Below, in pieces: positions 6,919 to 17,848 of a stretch of DNA of 64,000 nucleotides; the first letter of the stretch is position 1; each line of letters begins with the position of its first letter. The stretch spans positions 1 to 64,000 of the IMG/VR virus record IMGVR_UViG_3300042558_003926. One strand, written 5' to 3'. The notes under the pieces were generated by a model. It was given only the letters and a program-made list of their open reading frames with translations, was not told where the DNA came from and searched no databases. The position numbers and the translations under genes are program-made.

Positions 6919-9408
6919 ATGAGCTTCTATCCGGAGAATAAATTTCCTAAAGACGGATCCCCAGTCAGAAACACAAACGGGGAGCAATATAATTTATCTA
7001 ATCAGAGATATAATTATCACGATGGACTTCAGAATACTTCTAAAGTTAAGAATTCATCTGTAGATAATCTTTTTTCCACCACTGGAGCAGCAGAAGCTAG
7101 ATCCAAACAAATAGGCTGTGGTGGATATCACCAAGTTACAGTAGATGGTAAAACATTCTATAAGCCATGCGAAACAGCTGAGTACTATGATCTAAGAATA
7201 GAACAGCTAGAAAGTGCATTAAACTTCACGTATATAGGTAATTACCGTGTTTTAACATGGGATAAACCATTTGAATATGTTACTTCTTTTAACGGATGGA
7301 TAATAGATGCCTCCAATAGTAACAACACGGCATCTATATTAAACGGGAATGATATATCTATAGATTTCAGATATAGTATAGATGGCACAACTTGGTCTTT
7401 ATGGACAAATGTAGGTACAGCTTTAGGTGGGTTAACCAATGAGTATTCTGAGCTTTTTGATATACCTTTAGATCCTAATAATAAGTTTTATCCCGAATTT
7501 AGATTTACGTGTGTTCTAGTTAATGACGACGGAACAATAGTTTATAACACGGAAGAGCCTATAGATCCTTCTATAGTTATAGTTAACTTCGAATTGGATT
7601 TGACCTATCAGGTTGCTCCGGAAGTGGTGATATACAGACCAGCACCGATATGTACTGATGAGGTTTCTACTAGACCTATACTTTTCTCCAACTGTAATTT
7701 TACCTTTAATCCTTATGCTGTTAATAGAGCATTAAACATGTATCAGGATTTAAGTTTAATGGTTAATAATGTTTTTGGACTAGAAGTTAATTATTATTCG
7801 GTACAACCTCAAGCTAGAGGAAAAGATGTGGTACTTAAAGAGTATACCATATTCGACGTAGTTGACGAGAAATGTATAAAGGCACTAGTTCCTCAAAATC
7901 AATTCCCGGATAATAAAATAAACTTTGATCCATTCGGTCTACAATTCGAAGAACCCTTTGAAATACAAATAGATAAGAGATACTTCGAATCTATATTCGG
8001 AAGAGGATCACAGCCAAGGAAAAGAGATATTATCTACTTCCCTCTAACTAACAGAATATATCAGATTAACTCTACTTATCTCTTCAGGGACTTTATGAAC
8101 GCTCCTGTTTATTTTAAGATAGAGCTTAAAAAATATACACCAAGATCTAACACTTATTTCCAAGATCCAGCATACAAGGAAGAGCTTGATGGTATATCTC
8201 TTACTACTAGTGATCTCTTTGGTGAGGAAGTTCATGCGGAGGAGATCAAAAGTTCAAAACCACAACAATATGCTACAACAATAACACAGATGTCTCAGGA
8301 CCCGATTAGATCTTATGTTTATAAGGATCTTTCTATTATAGAGTATGATTTAAATAATAACTGGACTATAGTCCTGAATAATTATTATGATTTGTACCAG
8401 TCTTTTGCTGATGATTATGAATTTACCTATGATCCTGGTAGATATAGAAATGCTGTTAGATATAAGGTGTTACCTAAATCAGATTCAACAACAGAACTGG
8501 CTTATACATGTTGGTTTAGTCTTAAGAATTTTTACGATAATCAACAACTTGCAAGAAGATCGTATCCGGTTATAAATCTAACCCTGGAGTCATCAACTGA
8601 TGAACTATTATATTTCAATAGCTACCCAAGAAAACATAATTTACAAGTTTGGCAATCCTATGATTCCAATCCTGAAGGATATGTTGCAATCAAGGGAGAC
8701 AAACTGCACTCTGGCGGATACGAGGTTAGAACGGTTATAGACGATTATCGATTTGCAGTAGATAACAATTCAACCGATTTCTCATTAGGAACTATCATTT
8801 GGAAAATGCAGAAAGCACAGAGCAGAAACTTAATTAGTGGATTATACCTTAATGATTTAGAAGAAATAAAGGGAATTAGAATAGATTTAATCCATTCCGG
8901 AGTTATGGATGAGTTAACAAATAATTTCCTAGAAGAAGGAAGTATAGTCATCCGCTTGAATGACACCATAATAAATTCTCCACTACAGTTTGTACCAGAG
9001 TTTGGTGATTGGTATGGGGTGGTCGTCAACTTCTCTAATGTTTATAAACAGATATCCGCAAATATTTGGGAGATGACATACGATCCAACAGATCCGAACG
9101 AGCAAACTAGTAAGCTTAAGAAAGTTCATGAATCGGTTAGAATGTTTACAAATAATATAATATTCGAAGCACCTACCGATGTGGTAACTGATACGCTTAG
9201 TCCTTTCTATGAAACTGATAACAATTCTTATAAAATCTACACCGGTCCTATATGGCTTAGTAATGTTAGATTATTTAAGAATATGATAGATATAGATACG
9301 CAATCCACTGTATTGAATCAAAATACGGTGAGAGATGCACAGTTAGCTCATATTATTGATAACGCAAAACCGCTTCTGAATATTCCGAAGTTTGCAAGAA
9401 ACAGATAA
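6919..9408 (+). CDS. Neck/head-tail connector protein (T4 gp14-like core with large N- and C-terminal extensions)
   Basis: FDPFGLQFEEPFEIQIDKRYFESIFG..SQPRKRDIIYFPLTNRIYQI resembles the gp14 core; lies just before the terminase genes. Confidence 0.65.
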   Translation: MSFYPENKFPKDGSPVRNTNGEQYNLSNQRYNYHDGLQNTSKVKNSSVDNLFSTTGAAEARSKQIGCGGYHQVTVDGKTFYKPCETAEYYDLRIEQLESALNFTYIGNYRVLTWDKPFEYVTSFNGWIIDASNSNNTASILNGNDISIDFRYSIDGTTWSLWTNVGTALGGLTNEYSELFDIPLDPNNKFYPEFRFTCVLVNDDGTIVYNTEEPIDPSIVIVNFELDLTYQVAPEVVIYRPAPICTDEVSTRPILFSNCNFTFNPYAVNRALNMYQDLSLMVNNVFGLEVNYYSVQPQARGKDVVLKEYTIFDVVDEKCIKALVPQNQFPDNKINFDPFGLQFEEPFEIQIDKRYFESIFGRGSQPRKRDIIYFPLTNRIYQINSTYLFRDFMNAPVYFKIELKKYTPRSNTYFQDPAYKEELDGISLTTSDLFGEEVHAEEIKSSKPQQYATTITQMSQDPIRSYVYKDLSIIEYDLNNNWTIVLNNYYDLYQSFADDYEFTYDPGRYRNAVRYKVLPKSDSTTELAYTCWFSLKNFYDNQQLARRSYPVINLTLESSTDELLYFNSYPRKHNLQVWQSYDSNPEGYVAIKGDKLHSGGYEVRTVIDDYRFAVDNNSTDFSLGTIIWKMQKAQSRNLISGLYLNDLEEIKGIRIDLIHSGVMDELTNNFLEEGSIVIRLNDTIINSPLQFVPEFGDWYGVVVNFSNVYKQISANIWEMTYDPTDPNEQTSKLKKVHESVRMFTNNIIFEAPTDVVTDTLSPFYETDNNSYKIYTGPIWLSNVRLFKNMIDIDTQSTVLNQNTVRDAQLAHIIDNAKPLLNIPKFARNR

Positions 9409-9411
9409 TTT

Positions 9412-10206
9412 ATGCCTAGAAGAAAACCGAAACCAGAGAAAGTTGTCGAGGAAAAAATAAAGGAAAGTCTCGATTCTATAATAATGCAGGAGGCCCTTGA
9501 GAATATACTTCCTGACAGCGACGAACTACCAAGATTAAAGACAACGGATTTAATGGATTTTTCAGGAGAAAAATCTACTGCTTTATCTGATGCTAAGGCT
9601 TTACTTGATACTATAACAAAATTCTACATGGACGACACGAGCATGAGCGAGGCCTCGCACGTGGAGTTTAAAAAGAAGGTTGATGCGATGAATTTATCAT
9701 CGATGATGTTTCAGCTTAAAAGTGCTCAGCATGCTATAACAAAAATACTAGAGGAGATAGATCTTGGTAATATGCACCCTAGACTTTTTGAAGTTCTGGC
9801 TCAATTGCAATCGCAGATCATGCAGATGCCTAAAGACTACCAGGCATATCTCGAAAAGATGGAACAGAACTATAAGAAGACAAGGATAGAAGTTGATGAG
9901 AAAAAGCATTCTCAGGGTATAGTAATGGACCAATCCTCAGGAGATTCGGGATTTTATGTTAGTAACACTGCGGTTACACAAGACGGAGGACTTAAATCCA
10001 GAGGAACACGTGGAATTATGGAGGGACTGAGAGATATTATAGGTTCCGAGGTGGTGGACGTAAAACCCGAGGTACTTGATCCGAATGCCGTAGTAAATGC
10101 TAGAGAAAAGAAAATATTGGATTCGCAGAATCCTAATAATAAATCACATTTTAACGAGGAAGATCAGGAGGAAGATTTTTCTATAGAAGATGATATACTA
10201 GAATAA
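9412..10206 (+). CDS. Terminase small subunit (gp16-like)
   Basis: HPRLFEVLAQL resembles the T4-like PRAxEV motif; TAATG coupling to the large subunit. Confidence 0.7.
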   Translation: MPRRKPKPEKVVEEKIKESLDSIIMQEALENILPDSDELPRLKTTDLMDFSGEKSTALSDAKALLDTITKFYMDDTSMSEASHVEFKKKVDAMNLSSMMFQLKSAQHAITKILEEIDLGNMHPRLFEVLAQLQSQIMQMPKDYQAYLEKMEQNYKKTRIEVDEKKHSQGIVMDQSSGDSGFYVSNTAVTQDGGLKSRGTRGIMEGLRDIIGSEVVDVKPEVLDPNAVVNAREKKILDSQNPNNKSHFNEEDQEEDFSIEDDILE

Positions 10207-12026
10207 TGGAGACCGGAATAGAAAAGGTTGAACAGATAGAAACTAACCACTGGTCTACTTCCAGGGTAGAGGAATTATTAAGAAAAGTTGATGAAGAGGG
10301 ACTGGACTATAAGTCCGTTGATAATCCTTTTCATGACAATGACCCAGAATTAAAAAGATCTAATATTCTTTGGGAATATACCAGAGAGGAAATATTGGAA
10401 ATGAAAAAATGTGCTGAGGATGTCAGCTATTTCGCCAAGTATTGTAAAGTAATGACCGATACTGGTTTAGATTACATAAGGCTGAGAGACTACCAAACAT
10501 CGGTACTAAGAGAATATCAGAATCATAGGTTTAATATATTTCTAGCCCCCAGACAGGTTGGTAAATCCATCACATCATCAATAATACTAGTTTGGTATCT
10601 CTTATTCAATCACGATAAAAATGCGATGATTCTTGCCAACGTAGGGGATACTGCGGAAGAGCTAATGGATAAGATTAAGGCTATTATTAAAGGTCTTCCT
10701 TTTTATATGAAACCGGGTATGTTGGTTAACAACGTGATGACCATGAGATTTGATAATGGATGTAGGGTATTAGCTAAAACTACTACCAAAACTTCCGGTA
10801 TTGGTTTTACCATCCACTTCTTATACATGGATGAGTTTGCTCATATTAATTCTAACTTTATAGAGGCTTTCTTTAGATCAACATACCCTACTGTATCTTC
10901 ATCTAAGGTTTCTAGAATTATCATCACATCAACTCCGAATGGGATGAATAAATTTTATGAGATCTATCAAGGAGCACTGACAGGAGAAAATAGTTTTAAT
11001 CCAATAAGAGTAGACTGGTGGCAGGTTCCAGGAAGGGACGATGAGTGGAAGAAGAGAGAAATAGGTAACTTAGGAAGCGAGGAGCTTTTTAATCAAGAAT
11101 ATGGCAACCAATTTCTTAGTTCTTCCAGCCTTTTACTGGGATCTGATGAACTCAGAAAAATAAGGAATAACGAAGTAGAATACGCTTGGAGAGAGATCTC
11201 CAATCTCCATTATGCTGATGTCAATTACGAGAATCTTATATGGCATCCGAAATTTGATTTAGATAAGGCAAATCTACCAGGTAAGAAGTTTGTTTTTTCG
11301 GTGGACCTTAGTAGTGGTGCAAAGGGTGATTTTACAGTAATAAACATATTTAAGGTTACTCCACTTCCTAGAGCTGTTATTGAAAAAATGGAAGAATTTG
11401 AAGATGAAGCAGACTTTTTTGGACTGATTCAAGTTGGAGTTTTTAGAGACAATGAGATTAAACTTGAGGATATTACTAAGCTTCTACAGATACTATGTTC
11501 GGAGGTTTTTGAAGTTGATAGGGTTAAAATCGCTCTGGAAATGAACTACAAAGGTGAGTTGGTTTACGATAAACTCTCACAGAGGGATGACTTTTATGAC
11601 GAGATGTTTCTTTTTACTAAGCATACCGAATCTGCAAGGGTGCTAAAGCCAGGAATTAAATACAACGAGAAGAACAAAATGAAATATTGTGAGCTTCTTA
11701 GAAGTCTGATGAGGAGGGATAGAATCATGGTTAACGATAAAAAATGGACCATCCCCGAATTATTCACTTTTGGACTAAATAATTCTGGAACATATTCAAG
11801 TCAGAGCGGACACGATGATGTTGCTATGACTCTTGTAAATTTACCTGGATTGTTTGATGGCTATGATTTCAATCAGATAGTAGGTGAGGTATTTGATGAA
11901 TTAGAGGACAATTCATACAAAGACATGATTATCAAAAAATTAGAATCTGGATTTAGAGGAGAGGAAGAAAAAGGATACTCCACTAAAGATGGTAAAAGCT
12001 ATGGAGATTTCAACAATCTACTATAA
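10206..12026 (+). CDS. terL: Terminase large subunit (T4 gp17-like)
   Basis: LRDYQ, APRQVGKS (Walker A), LYMDEFAH (Walker B), TSTPNGMNKFY, FNQEYGNQF, GHDDVAM. Confidence 0.95.
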   Translation: METGIEKVEQIETNHWSTSRVEELLRKVDEEGLDYKSVDNPFHDNDPELKRSNILWEYTREEILEMKKCAEDVSYFAKYCKVMTDTGLDYIRLRDYQTSVLREYQNHRFNIFLAPRQVGKSITSSIILVWYLLFNHDKNAMILANVGDTAEELMDKIKAIIKGLPFYMKPGMLVNNVMTMRFDNGCRVLAKTTTKTSGIGFTIHFLYMDEFAHINSNFIEAFFRSTYPTVSSSKVSRIIITSTPNGMNKFYEIYQGALTGENSFNPIRVDWWQVPGRDDEWKKREIGNLGSEELFNQEYGNQFLSSSSLLLGSDELRKIRNNEVEYAWREISNLHYADVNYENLIWHPKFDLDKANLPGKKFVFSVDLSSGAKGDFTVINIFKVTPLPRAVIEKMEEFEDEADFFGLIQVGVFRDNEIKLEDITKLLQILCSEVFEVDRVKIALEMNYKGELVYDKLSQRDDFYDEMFLFTKHTESARVLKPGIKYNEKNKMKYCELLRSLMRRDRIMVNDKKWTIPELFTFGLNNSGTYSSQSGHDDVAMTLVNLPGLFDGYDFNQIVGEVFDELEDNSYKDMIIKKLESGFRGEEEKGYSTKDGKSYGDFNNLL

Positions 12027-12071
12027 GAATGATATTTATCCAACCTCCCCAATAATTCCGATTTTATTTTT

Positions 12072-12079
12072 GATATATA
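12072..12079 (+). promoter_or_regulatory. Putative late promoter GATATATA
   Basis: Upstream of the sheath gene. Confidence 0.65.
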
Positions 12080-12107
12080 GTCTAGAAGCAAAAATATCTT
12101 TAATGTA

Positions 12108-15100
12108 ATGGCAAATAAGGTAAAAATAGATTACTCTCAGTTTAGAGCATCCGGAGTCTACACCCTAGAATTTGATGCGTCCCAGAACGTAATCCTGACA
12201 TCACAGACAATACGTCTTGTTGTAGGATTTTCCAATAAGGGACCTTTCAATACACCGGTTTATATCCCAGATGTAACTACGCTAATTTCTATTTTTGGTG
12301 ACATCGATAGATCATTAGAAAATAAAGGATCTTTTTTCCAAAGATCTATATTAACATGTTTAAATGCAGGCCCAGTGTTTGCTTTAAATCTTTTAAGATT
12401 AAACGATGATACGGATTCAGCTAACCCTGATGAGGTTGATTACCAAGCATACTCACTTGACACCGAAGAGTATAATGGTGTTGTAACAAGCAGACTATAT
12501 TCATCCTACTATAATAAGGAAAGATTCTGGTTTGCTGATCCTAACTATTTCTTGGCTACACTTAGTGTTTCTGACCAGGGTAAATTGTTTAGCTTAGTTA
12601 ATCTAGGTAAATCACCTATGAGTATTATAGTTAGAAAATCTACGGATTCATCTAAGCCACTTAAGGGATATGACATATTCGCTATAGATTGGTATGGAGC
12701 TAACAATGTTCCTACTTTCATGCATCCATTTGACTACATGTCAGATTACTTTATTGATGTTATAGCAGTTTATGGAGATTGGACGAATTATCAGGCACTC
12801 TCTATAGATCCACAGTGGAGCACTTATTTTACCGAAAATGGATTTATTAAAAGCAGAATAGACAGCTTTTTATCTGAACCTGATGTTTCTATCGTTACAT
12901 CAGTAACAGGATGTATTATACCGGATTTCGTAGATCTTAATGGTGTTAATCAATATGTACAAACTCTGATTAATAATAGCACTCCATCTACTGGGTTATT
13001 CTGTGCTATAGACGAACAAGCATTTGATGATATTTGTGCTAATGGATCTAAAATAGATCTAGTCGGAAATCACCTTATCGACGAATTAACGGGAGATAGC
13101 GATTTACCTAGTCCTAGAATTAATTTCTTAAGCTACGATCAAGTTTTAGTTGCTGACTACCTATATACACAAAACGTAGTTGGAGTAACTGGAGCAACTG
13201 GATTTGTTAGTGCTACTGGTGCTACTGTTTATACATCAGGGGCAAAAGTTGGTACCTTATATACATTAACTGGAGTAACTGGTGCAACTGCAGGGGTTGT
13301 TTATCAATCTTTCGCTAATTACGACCCTAATGCTTATGATGGCGGATTACACTATCTTCAGACTTCTGGTACAGGCGGTACCGCTGGATATTTACAAACA
13401 GCTGCTCAGAAAAATGAACTTAAGACATTCTTAACTGTAACATCATCTAACGACCAGAAGTTCATTTTAGGTGTTGTATCTGGATATACCGGAGGTTTAA
13501 CTGGAGGATTGATAAATCAGTTTGCAGAGGGTGATTTAGTTAAGTTAAAAGTAACAGGAACTAAGGACGTATCTGGAGAATTAAGGATATTCTTCACCCA
13601 CCCATTAGATACCGGATTCTACCGATCACAAGGTATTACTGTAACACCGACATACAACTTAACTTCTTACAATACAGGAGCATCTGGAAGTAATCAACCT
13701 TTCTATACGGATGCTTATCAATTTGGTAATTCTGATTATGTTGATATCGTTAGCACATCTACACCTAATGGTGTAACTGGACCTAGCGCACCTCTCGGAG
13801 TTTCTAACGTATTAGTTGGATATAATGCTTCTTCTCTTTACCAGGATAACAAGTATGCTGAGATTACAGATGGCGATATCATCTGGACTAACAGTAGTGG
13901 ATCTAACGTTCAATATTTAGGGTTCGAACAAACTGTGGATAAGGATCAGTTCAATTATGTTAATACTAGAGCATTTACCAATGTTTCTTTAGCTGATACG
14001 ACAATAACAAATATAGCTGCATTCGGTACACCTTACGCATCTAACAACGTAGGTTTACCTGTAGGAACACAGAATACTGATATAGTTTCTCAGGAAGGTG
14101 CAATAAATGAATTTGTAGATTGTTCAAGAATCGACGTAACAACATTCTTGGTAACTCAAGATTCTAACGGAAACGCCCCTTTCTCGGTTGGAGATTTGGT
14201 GGTTTCAACTGACCTTGATATATGTGAGCCTTCTACCGGAAACAGACAAAATAGATTAGCTAAAATCACTACAGTTTCTGCTACAACTACTGCTGGAACT
14301 TTCAGAGTAACTTCAGCTAGACCGGTTCTTTATTATACTTCAGGATCTGGAGTTAGAGTTCAGAAATTTAAATCGATAGCTCAGTTTACAAGATCCTTTG
14401 ATTTTACATATCTGAGTGGATTCACAATGACAGACTGGCACAGACCTAATGGAAGTGATGCTAGAATATCTGAGATTCTTGATGTTATGTATAACACGAA
14501 TATTGCTAAGACATTAGCAGCTAAGGATGTTATATCTTACCGATACATCATTGATACATTCTCTGGGCAGATTTTACCAAACTCTAAATACCAGCTTTCT
14601 AGATTGGCTATGTTAAGACAACAGGCTTTGGCGATTATAAACGCTCCTTCTATGGCGCAATTTAGAGCTAGTACAGATCCAAGATTTACTGATGCTCCTA
14701 CTGCAGCTAATCCTTATCCGAGATTAAATACTGCTTATATAGCAGATGGCGGTAACTTATCTTTAAATCCGTCTTACACATTTAGCTTACCTTCAGAAGC
14801 TGATGGAGCTAAGTACGCAGCATTCTATTCTCCTTATATTACTGTAAGAGAAACTAATAGAAACGTTGAGGTACCACCTGCAGCATACGTTTCTAATAAC
14901 TTCCTTAGAAAATTCGCTAACGGAGAACCTTATGCTATTATAGCAGGTCAGAAACGTGGAGTAATTAGCGGAGGTAATATAGTAGGTGTTGAATATGACT
15001 TTACTGAAGAGGACAGAGGAAACTTAGAACCTTTCGGAATCAATCCAATCATCAAAAGAAGAGGAATTGGAGTAGTTATCTTCGGTAACCAAACTGCTTA

Positions 15101-15458
15101 TCAGCAAGTTAATTCAGCATTTAATCTTGTTCACGTTAGAGATCTATTGATTAGTGTAGAAAACGACGTTCAAGAGATCTTGGCTAACTACCTATTTGAT
15201 TTCAACGAAGATTCAATCAGACTAGAAATCAAAACATTAGTAGACAACTACCTAGATGGTGTTAGAGCTGGTGGTGGTATTTACGCTTACCAAACAATTA
15301 TGGATGCTTCTAATAATACCCCTGCAATCATAGATATGAACATGGGTATAATTGACGTCATAATAGAACCAGCAAGAGGAATCCAGAAGTTCATTAATCG
15401 AATCACGGTTACAAGAACTGGAGGAATTGCTTCTGGAGGATTCATACAATTTGTATAA
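12108..15458 (+). CDS. Contractile tail sheath protein (gp18-like) with large insertions
   Basis: SGVYTLEFD...VGFSNKGPFNTPV at the N-terminus; VPPAAYV, AGQKRG, GINPII, FGNQT, VHVRDLLI and LFDFNEDSIR at the C-terminus. Confidence 0.93.
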   Translation: MANKVKIDYSQFRASGVYTLEFDASQNVILTSQTIRLVVGFSNKGPFNTPVYIPDVTTLISIFGDIDRSLENKGSFFQRSILTCLNAGPVFALNLLRLNDDTDSANPDEVDYQAYSLDTEEYNGVVTSRLYSSYYNKERFWFADPNYFLATLSVSDQGKLFSLVNLGKSPMSIIVRKSTDSSKPLKGYDIFAIDWYGANNVPTFMHPFDYMSDYFIDVIAVYGDWTNYQALSIDPQWSTYFTENGFIKSRIDSFLSEPDVSIVTSVTGCIIPDFVDLNGVNQYVQTLINNSTPSTGLFCAIDEQAFDDICANGSKIDLVGNHLIDELTGDSDLPSPRINFLSYDQVLVADYLYTQNVVGVTGATGFVSATGATVYTSGAKVGTLYTLTGVTGATAGVVYQSFANYDPNAYDGGLHYLQTSGTGGTAGYLQTAAQKNELKTFLTVTSSNDQKFILGVVSGYTGGLTGGLINQFAEGDLVKLKVTGTKDVSGELRIFFTHPLDTGFYRSQGITVTPTYNLTSYNTGASGSNQPFYTDAYQFGNSDYVDIVSTSTPNGVTGPSAPLGVSNVLVGYNASSLYQDNKYAEITDGDIIWTNSSGSNVQYLGFEQTVDKDQFNYVNTRAFTNVSLADTTITNIAAFGTPYASNNVGLPVGTQNTDIVSQEGAINEFVDCSRIDVTTFLVTQDSNGNAPFSVGDLVVSTDLDICEPSTGNRQNRLAKITTVSATTTAGTFRVTSARPVLYYTSGSGVRVQKFKSIAQFTRSFDFTYLSGFTMTDWHRPNGSDARISEILDVMYNTNIAKTLAAKDVISYRYIIDTFSGQILPNSKYQLSRLAMLRQQALAIINAPSMAQFRASTDPRFTDAPTAANPYPRLNTAYIADGGNLSLNPSYTFSLPSEADGAKYAAFYSPYITVRETNRNVEVPPAAYVSNNFLRKFANGEPYAIIAGQKRGVISGGNIVGVEYDFTEEDRGNLEPFGINPIIKRRGIGVVIFGNQTAYQQVNSAFNLVHVRDLLISVENDVQEILANYLFDFNEDSIRLEIKTLVDNYLDGVRAGGGIYAYQTIMDASNNTPAIIDMNMGIIDVIIEPARGIQKFINRITVTRTGGIASGGFIQFV

Positions 15459-15480
15459 TTTATGATTTTTAAAGAAGGCA

Positions 15481-15488
15481 GATAAATA
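15481..15488 (+). promoter_or_regulatory. Putative late promoter GATAAATA
   Basis: One mismatch to T4 TATAAATA; 9 nt before the tube gene. Confidence 0.55.
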
Positions 15489-15497
15489 TAAGTAATT

Positions 15498-16052
15498 ATG
15501 GCAGGATTATCTCACTTTTCAAATTCGTTATCAGCAATAAATAGGTTTGAACCTGTTTATCTGAATCAATTCGAAGTTACTATTATACCACCAGCAGCAG
15601 TTGCCGGAGGTGAAATTTTACTTCAGCACGTATCCAAAGTAAGCGGTCTTTCTTTAGATAAGAACCCAGGACTTGCTACTCAGAAATTTAAGTTTGCTAA
15701 AAGAAATTACGCTGGAGCTAAGCCAGATCAGACATTCATGGATCTTAGTGTTAGTTTTTCTGTTAACTTGAACGATGATAACTCAATGTACGTTTTCAAA
15801 ACTCTGAGACAGTGGTCTGATTTAATTTACAATCCACTAACAGGAGCGATGGGATTAAAGAATGACTATGTAGGAACTATAGTAGTTAACATCTTTAATA
15901 AACAAGGTGATGTTTTTAGAAGGATTACTTGTAAAGATTGCTTTCTTACAAAGCCAATCTCTCCGATGAACCTAAACTATACATCAACTGACCTATACAA
16001 GATAGATGATATGGTATGGGCGGTGGACTACTGGGAGGATTTATTCCTATAA
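15498..16052 (+). CDS. Tail tube protein, paralog 1 (gp19-like)
   Basis: Follows the sheath; EPVYLNQFEV, LRQWSDLIYNPLTG..G.K.DYVG, DYWED. Confidence 0.85.
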   Translation: MAGLSHFSNSLSAINRFEPVYLNQFEVTIIPPAAVAGGEILLQHVSKVSGLSLDKNPGLATQKFKFAKRNYAGAKPDQTFMDLSVSFSVNLNDDNSMYVFKTLRQWSDLIYNPLTGAMGLKNDYVGTIVVNIFNKQGDVFRRITCKDCFLTKPISPMNLNYTSTDLYKIDDMVWAVDYWEDLFL

Positions 16053-16069
16053 AAAAAGAATTTAAATAA

Positions 16070-16645
16070 ATGGCAGGACTACCACATTTTACCAATTCAA
16101 AAGCAGCTATAAGTAACTTCGAACCGGTTTATTTAAATCAGTTTGAGGTTATAATAAATCCACCTGCTGGTATAGTAGACGCCGCTACTACCTTTAACGG
16201 TGAGGGGATATTAGCTCAACAAGTTAAATCCATAACGGGTTTAGCAGTAGATATTTCTCCTGCAGCAACAATAGAGCAGAACTATAAGTTTGCTACAAGA
16301 AGATATGCAGGGGGTGAACCATCTACCACGGATATGACTCTTTCGATGGAATTTGAGGTCAATCTTAATGATCAAAATTCCATGACTGTTTATAAAATAC
16401 TAAGACAGTGGTCGGATCTAATTTACAACCCTCTAACTGGAGCTATGGGGATTAAATCAGATTATGTTGGATCTATGGTTATTCAGGTATTTAACAAAAG
16501 AGGTGACGTTTTTAGAAGAATAAGAATACCTTCTTGCTTTTTAAGTGAAGCTATAAATGCAATGGAGTTAGATTATGAGACCCCAGCAATATATAACCTT
16601 ACTGCTAGTTGGATCTGTGATTACTGGGAAGATACCTTCTTATAA
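16070..16645 (+). CDS. Tail tube protein, paralog 2 (gp19-like)
   Basis: Shares the same blocks as 15498..16052. Confidence 0.85.
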   Translation: MAGLPHFTNSKAAISNFEPVYLNQFEVIINPPAGIVDAATTFNGEGILAQQVKSITGLAVDISPAATIEQNYKFATRRYAGGEPSTTDMTLSMEFEVNLNDQNSMTVYKILRQWSDLIYNPLTGAMGIKSDYVGSMVIQVFNKRGDVFRRIRIPSCFLSEAINAMELDYETPAIYNLTASWICDYWEDTFL

Positions 16646-16672
16646 ATACTTTTATATAAAAAAAATATGAAA

Positions 16673-16699
16673 AAAAAGAGGCCAAATTGGCCTCTTTTT
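16673..16699 (+). terminator. Rho-independent terminator
   Basis: AAAAAGAGGCCA-AAT-TGGCCTCTTTTT. Confidence 0.85.
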
Positions 16700-16735
16700 C
16701 TGTTTCCTGTTATATAATAGAAAAAATATAATCTT

Positions 16736-17848
16736 ATGGAAAATGGACTATCCCCTGAGGAGATCTTAAGAATGAAAGAAATAGAAGGGGGAATTGAATA
16801 TGATGACCCGATAAGTAAAGAGCAATCTTCAGTAGTCACGATAGAAAAAGAGGCTGATCCTAAACCGGAGGAAGTCAATAAACATGATTCAAATAATACC
16901 GAGCCAAAAAAAGTACAATCACCCGATCAGAAATTAAACGTGGTAGATCTGAATCAAAGCTTAAGTAAGAATTCTTTTGGTAAGGCTCAGAGTGTTCCTG
17001 AATCACCATCCTTTGATAGTGGATGGAAGAATCTACCTGTTAATATACTACCTTCTAAAGGCATGTTCTATCCGGATAAAACAAGGATTGCAATAAGAGC
17101 TGCGGAGGTAAGAGAGATTAGACATTTTTCTACTATAGACGAGGATGATAATTTAGATATCGAGGAGAAACTTAGTTATATCTTAGATAGATGTTTTAGA
17201 ATGGAATTCCCGGGAGAGGGAGTAGTTTCATATAAGGATCTAAAACAGGAGGATAGATTCTTTGTTATTATGGCCATAAGGGATTTAACATTCGTAAGGG
17301 GTGAAAATTCTATTATACTTAAAACGAAGAAAAAATGTAAACAAACACCAGAATGTCCATTCAACGAAGGTTTGGAATTGAGAACCGGTGTTTTAAGTTC
17401 ATATGATATAAACCGAGATATCCTAAAATATTACAATCAGGAGACAAGGAGTTTTATCTTTACCGTTAAAAAAACGGGTAAAACTATAGAGATGACAGTT
17501 CCTAGTATAGGAGTTACCCAAGCCATTTCTGATTTTGTTCGAAATGAATACAAGGGGAACAACCCTGTAGACGAGGGATTTATTCAAATAGCTCCCTTCA
17601 TCTTTAATGAATGGAGAAATTTAACTCCAGACAAGATTAGAATAAAATTAAAGGAATCTGATTTCTGGACCAAAGAAGAATACAGCTTATATTTTGGTCT
17701 TTCAGAAAAAATTAAAATAGGAACCACGCTAGAGGCAAAACAGAAATGTCATATTTGCGGTGATGAGGAGGTCACCGCTGATATTACCTTTCCCGGCGGG
17801 ATCAGATCTCTTTTCCTTATTTCAGATATCTTTAGAGAACTTCTTTGA
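16736..17848 (+). CDS. Tail/baseplate-hub assembly chaperone (T4 gp26/gp51-like)
   Basis: LPSKGMFYP, Cys pairs (CKQTPEC, CHIC); sits between the tube genes and the tape-measure-like gene. Confidence 0.65.
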   Translation: MENGLSPEEILRMKEIEGGIEYDDPISKEQSSVVTIEKEADPKPEEVNKHDSNNTEPKKVQSPDQKLNVVDLNQSLSKNSFGKAQSVPESPSFDSGWKNLPVNILPSKGMFYPDKTRIAIRAAEVREIRHFSTIDEDDNLDIEEKLSYILDRCFRMEFPGEGVVSYKDLKQEDRFFVIMAIRDLTFVRGENSIILKTKKKCKQTPECPFNEGLELRTGVLSSYDINRDILKYYNQETRSFIFTVKKTGKTIEMTVPSIGVTQAISDFVRNEYKGNNPVDEGFIQIAPFIFNEWRNLTPDKIRIKLKESDFWTKEEYSLYFGLSEKIKIGTTLEAKQKCHICGDEEVTADITFPGGIRSLFLISDIFRELL

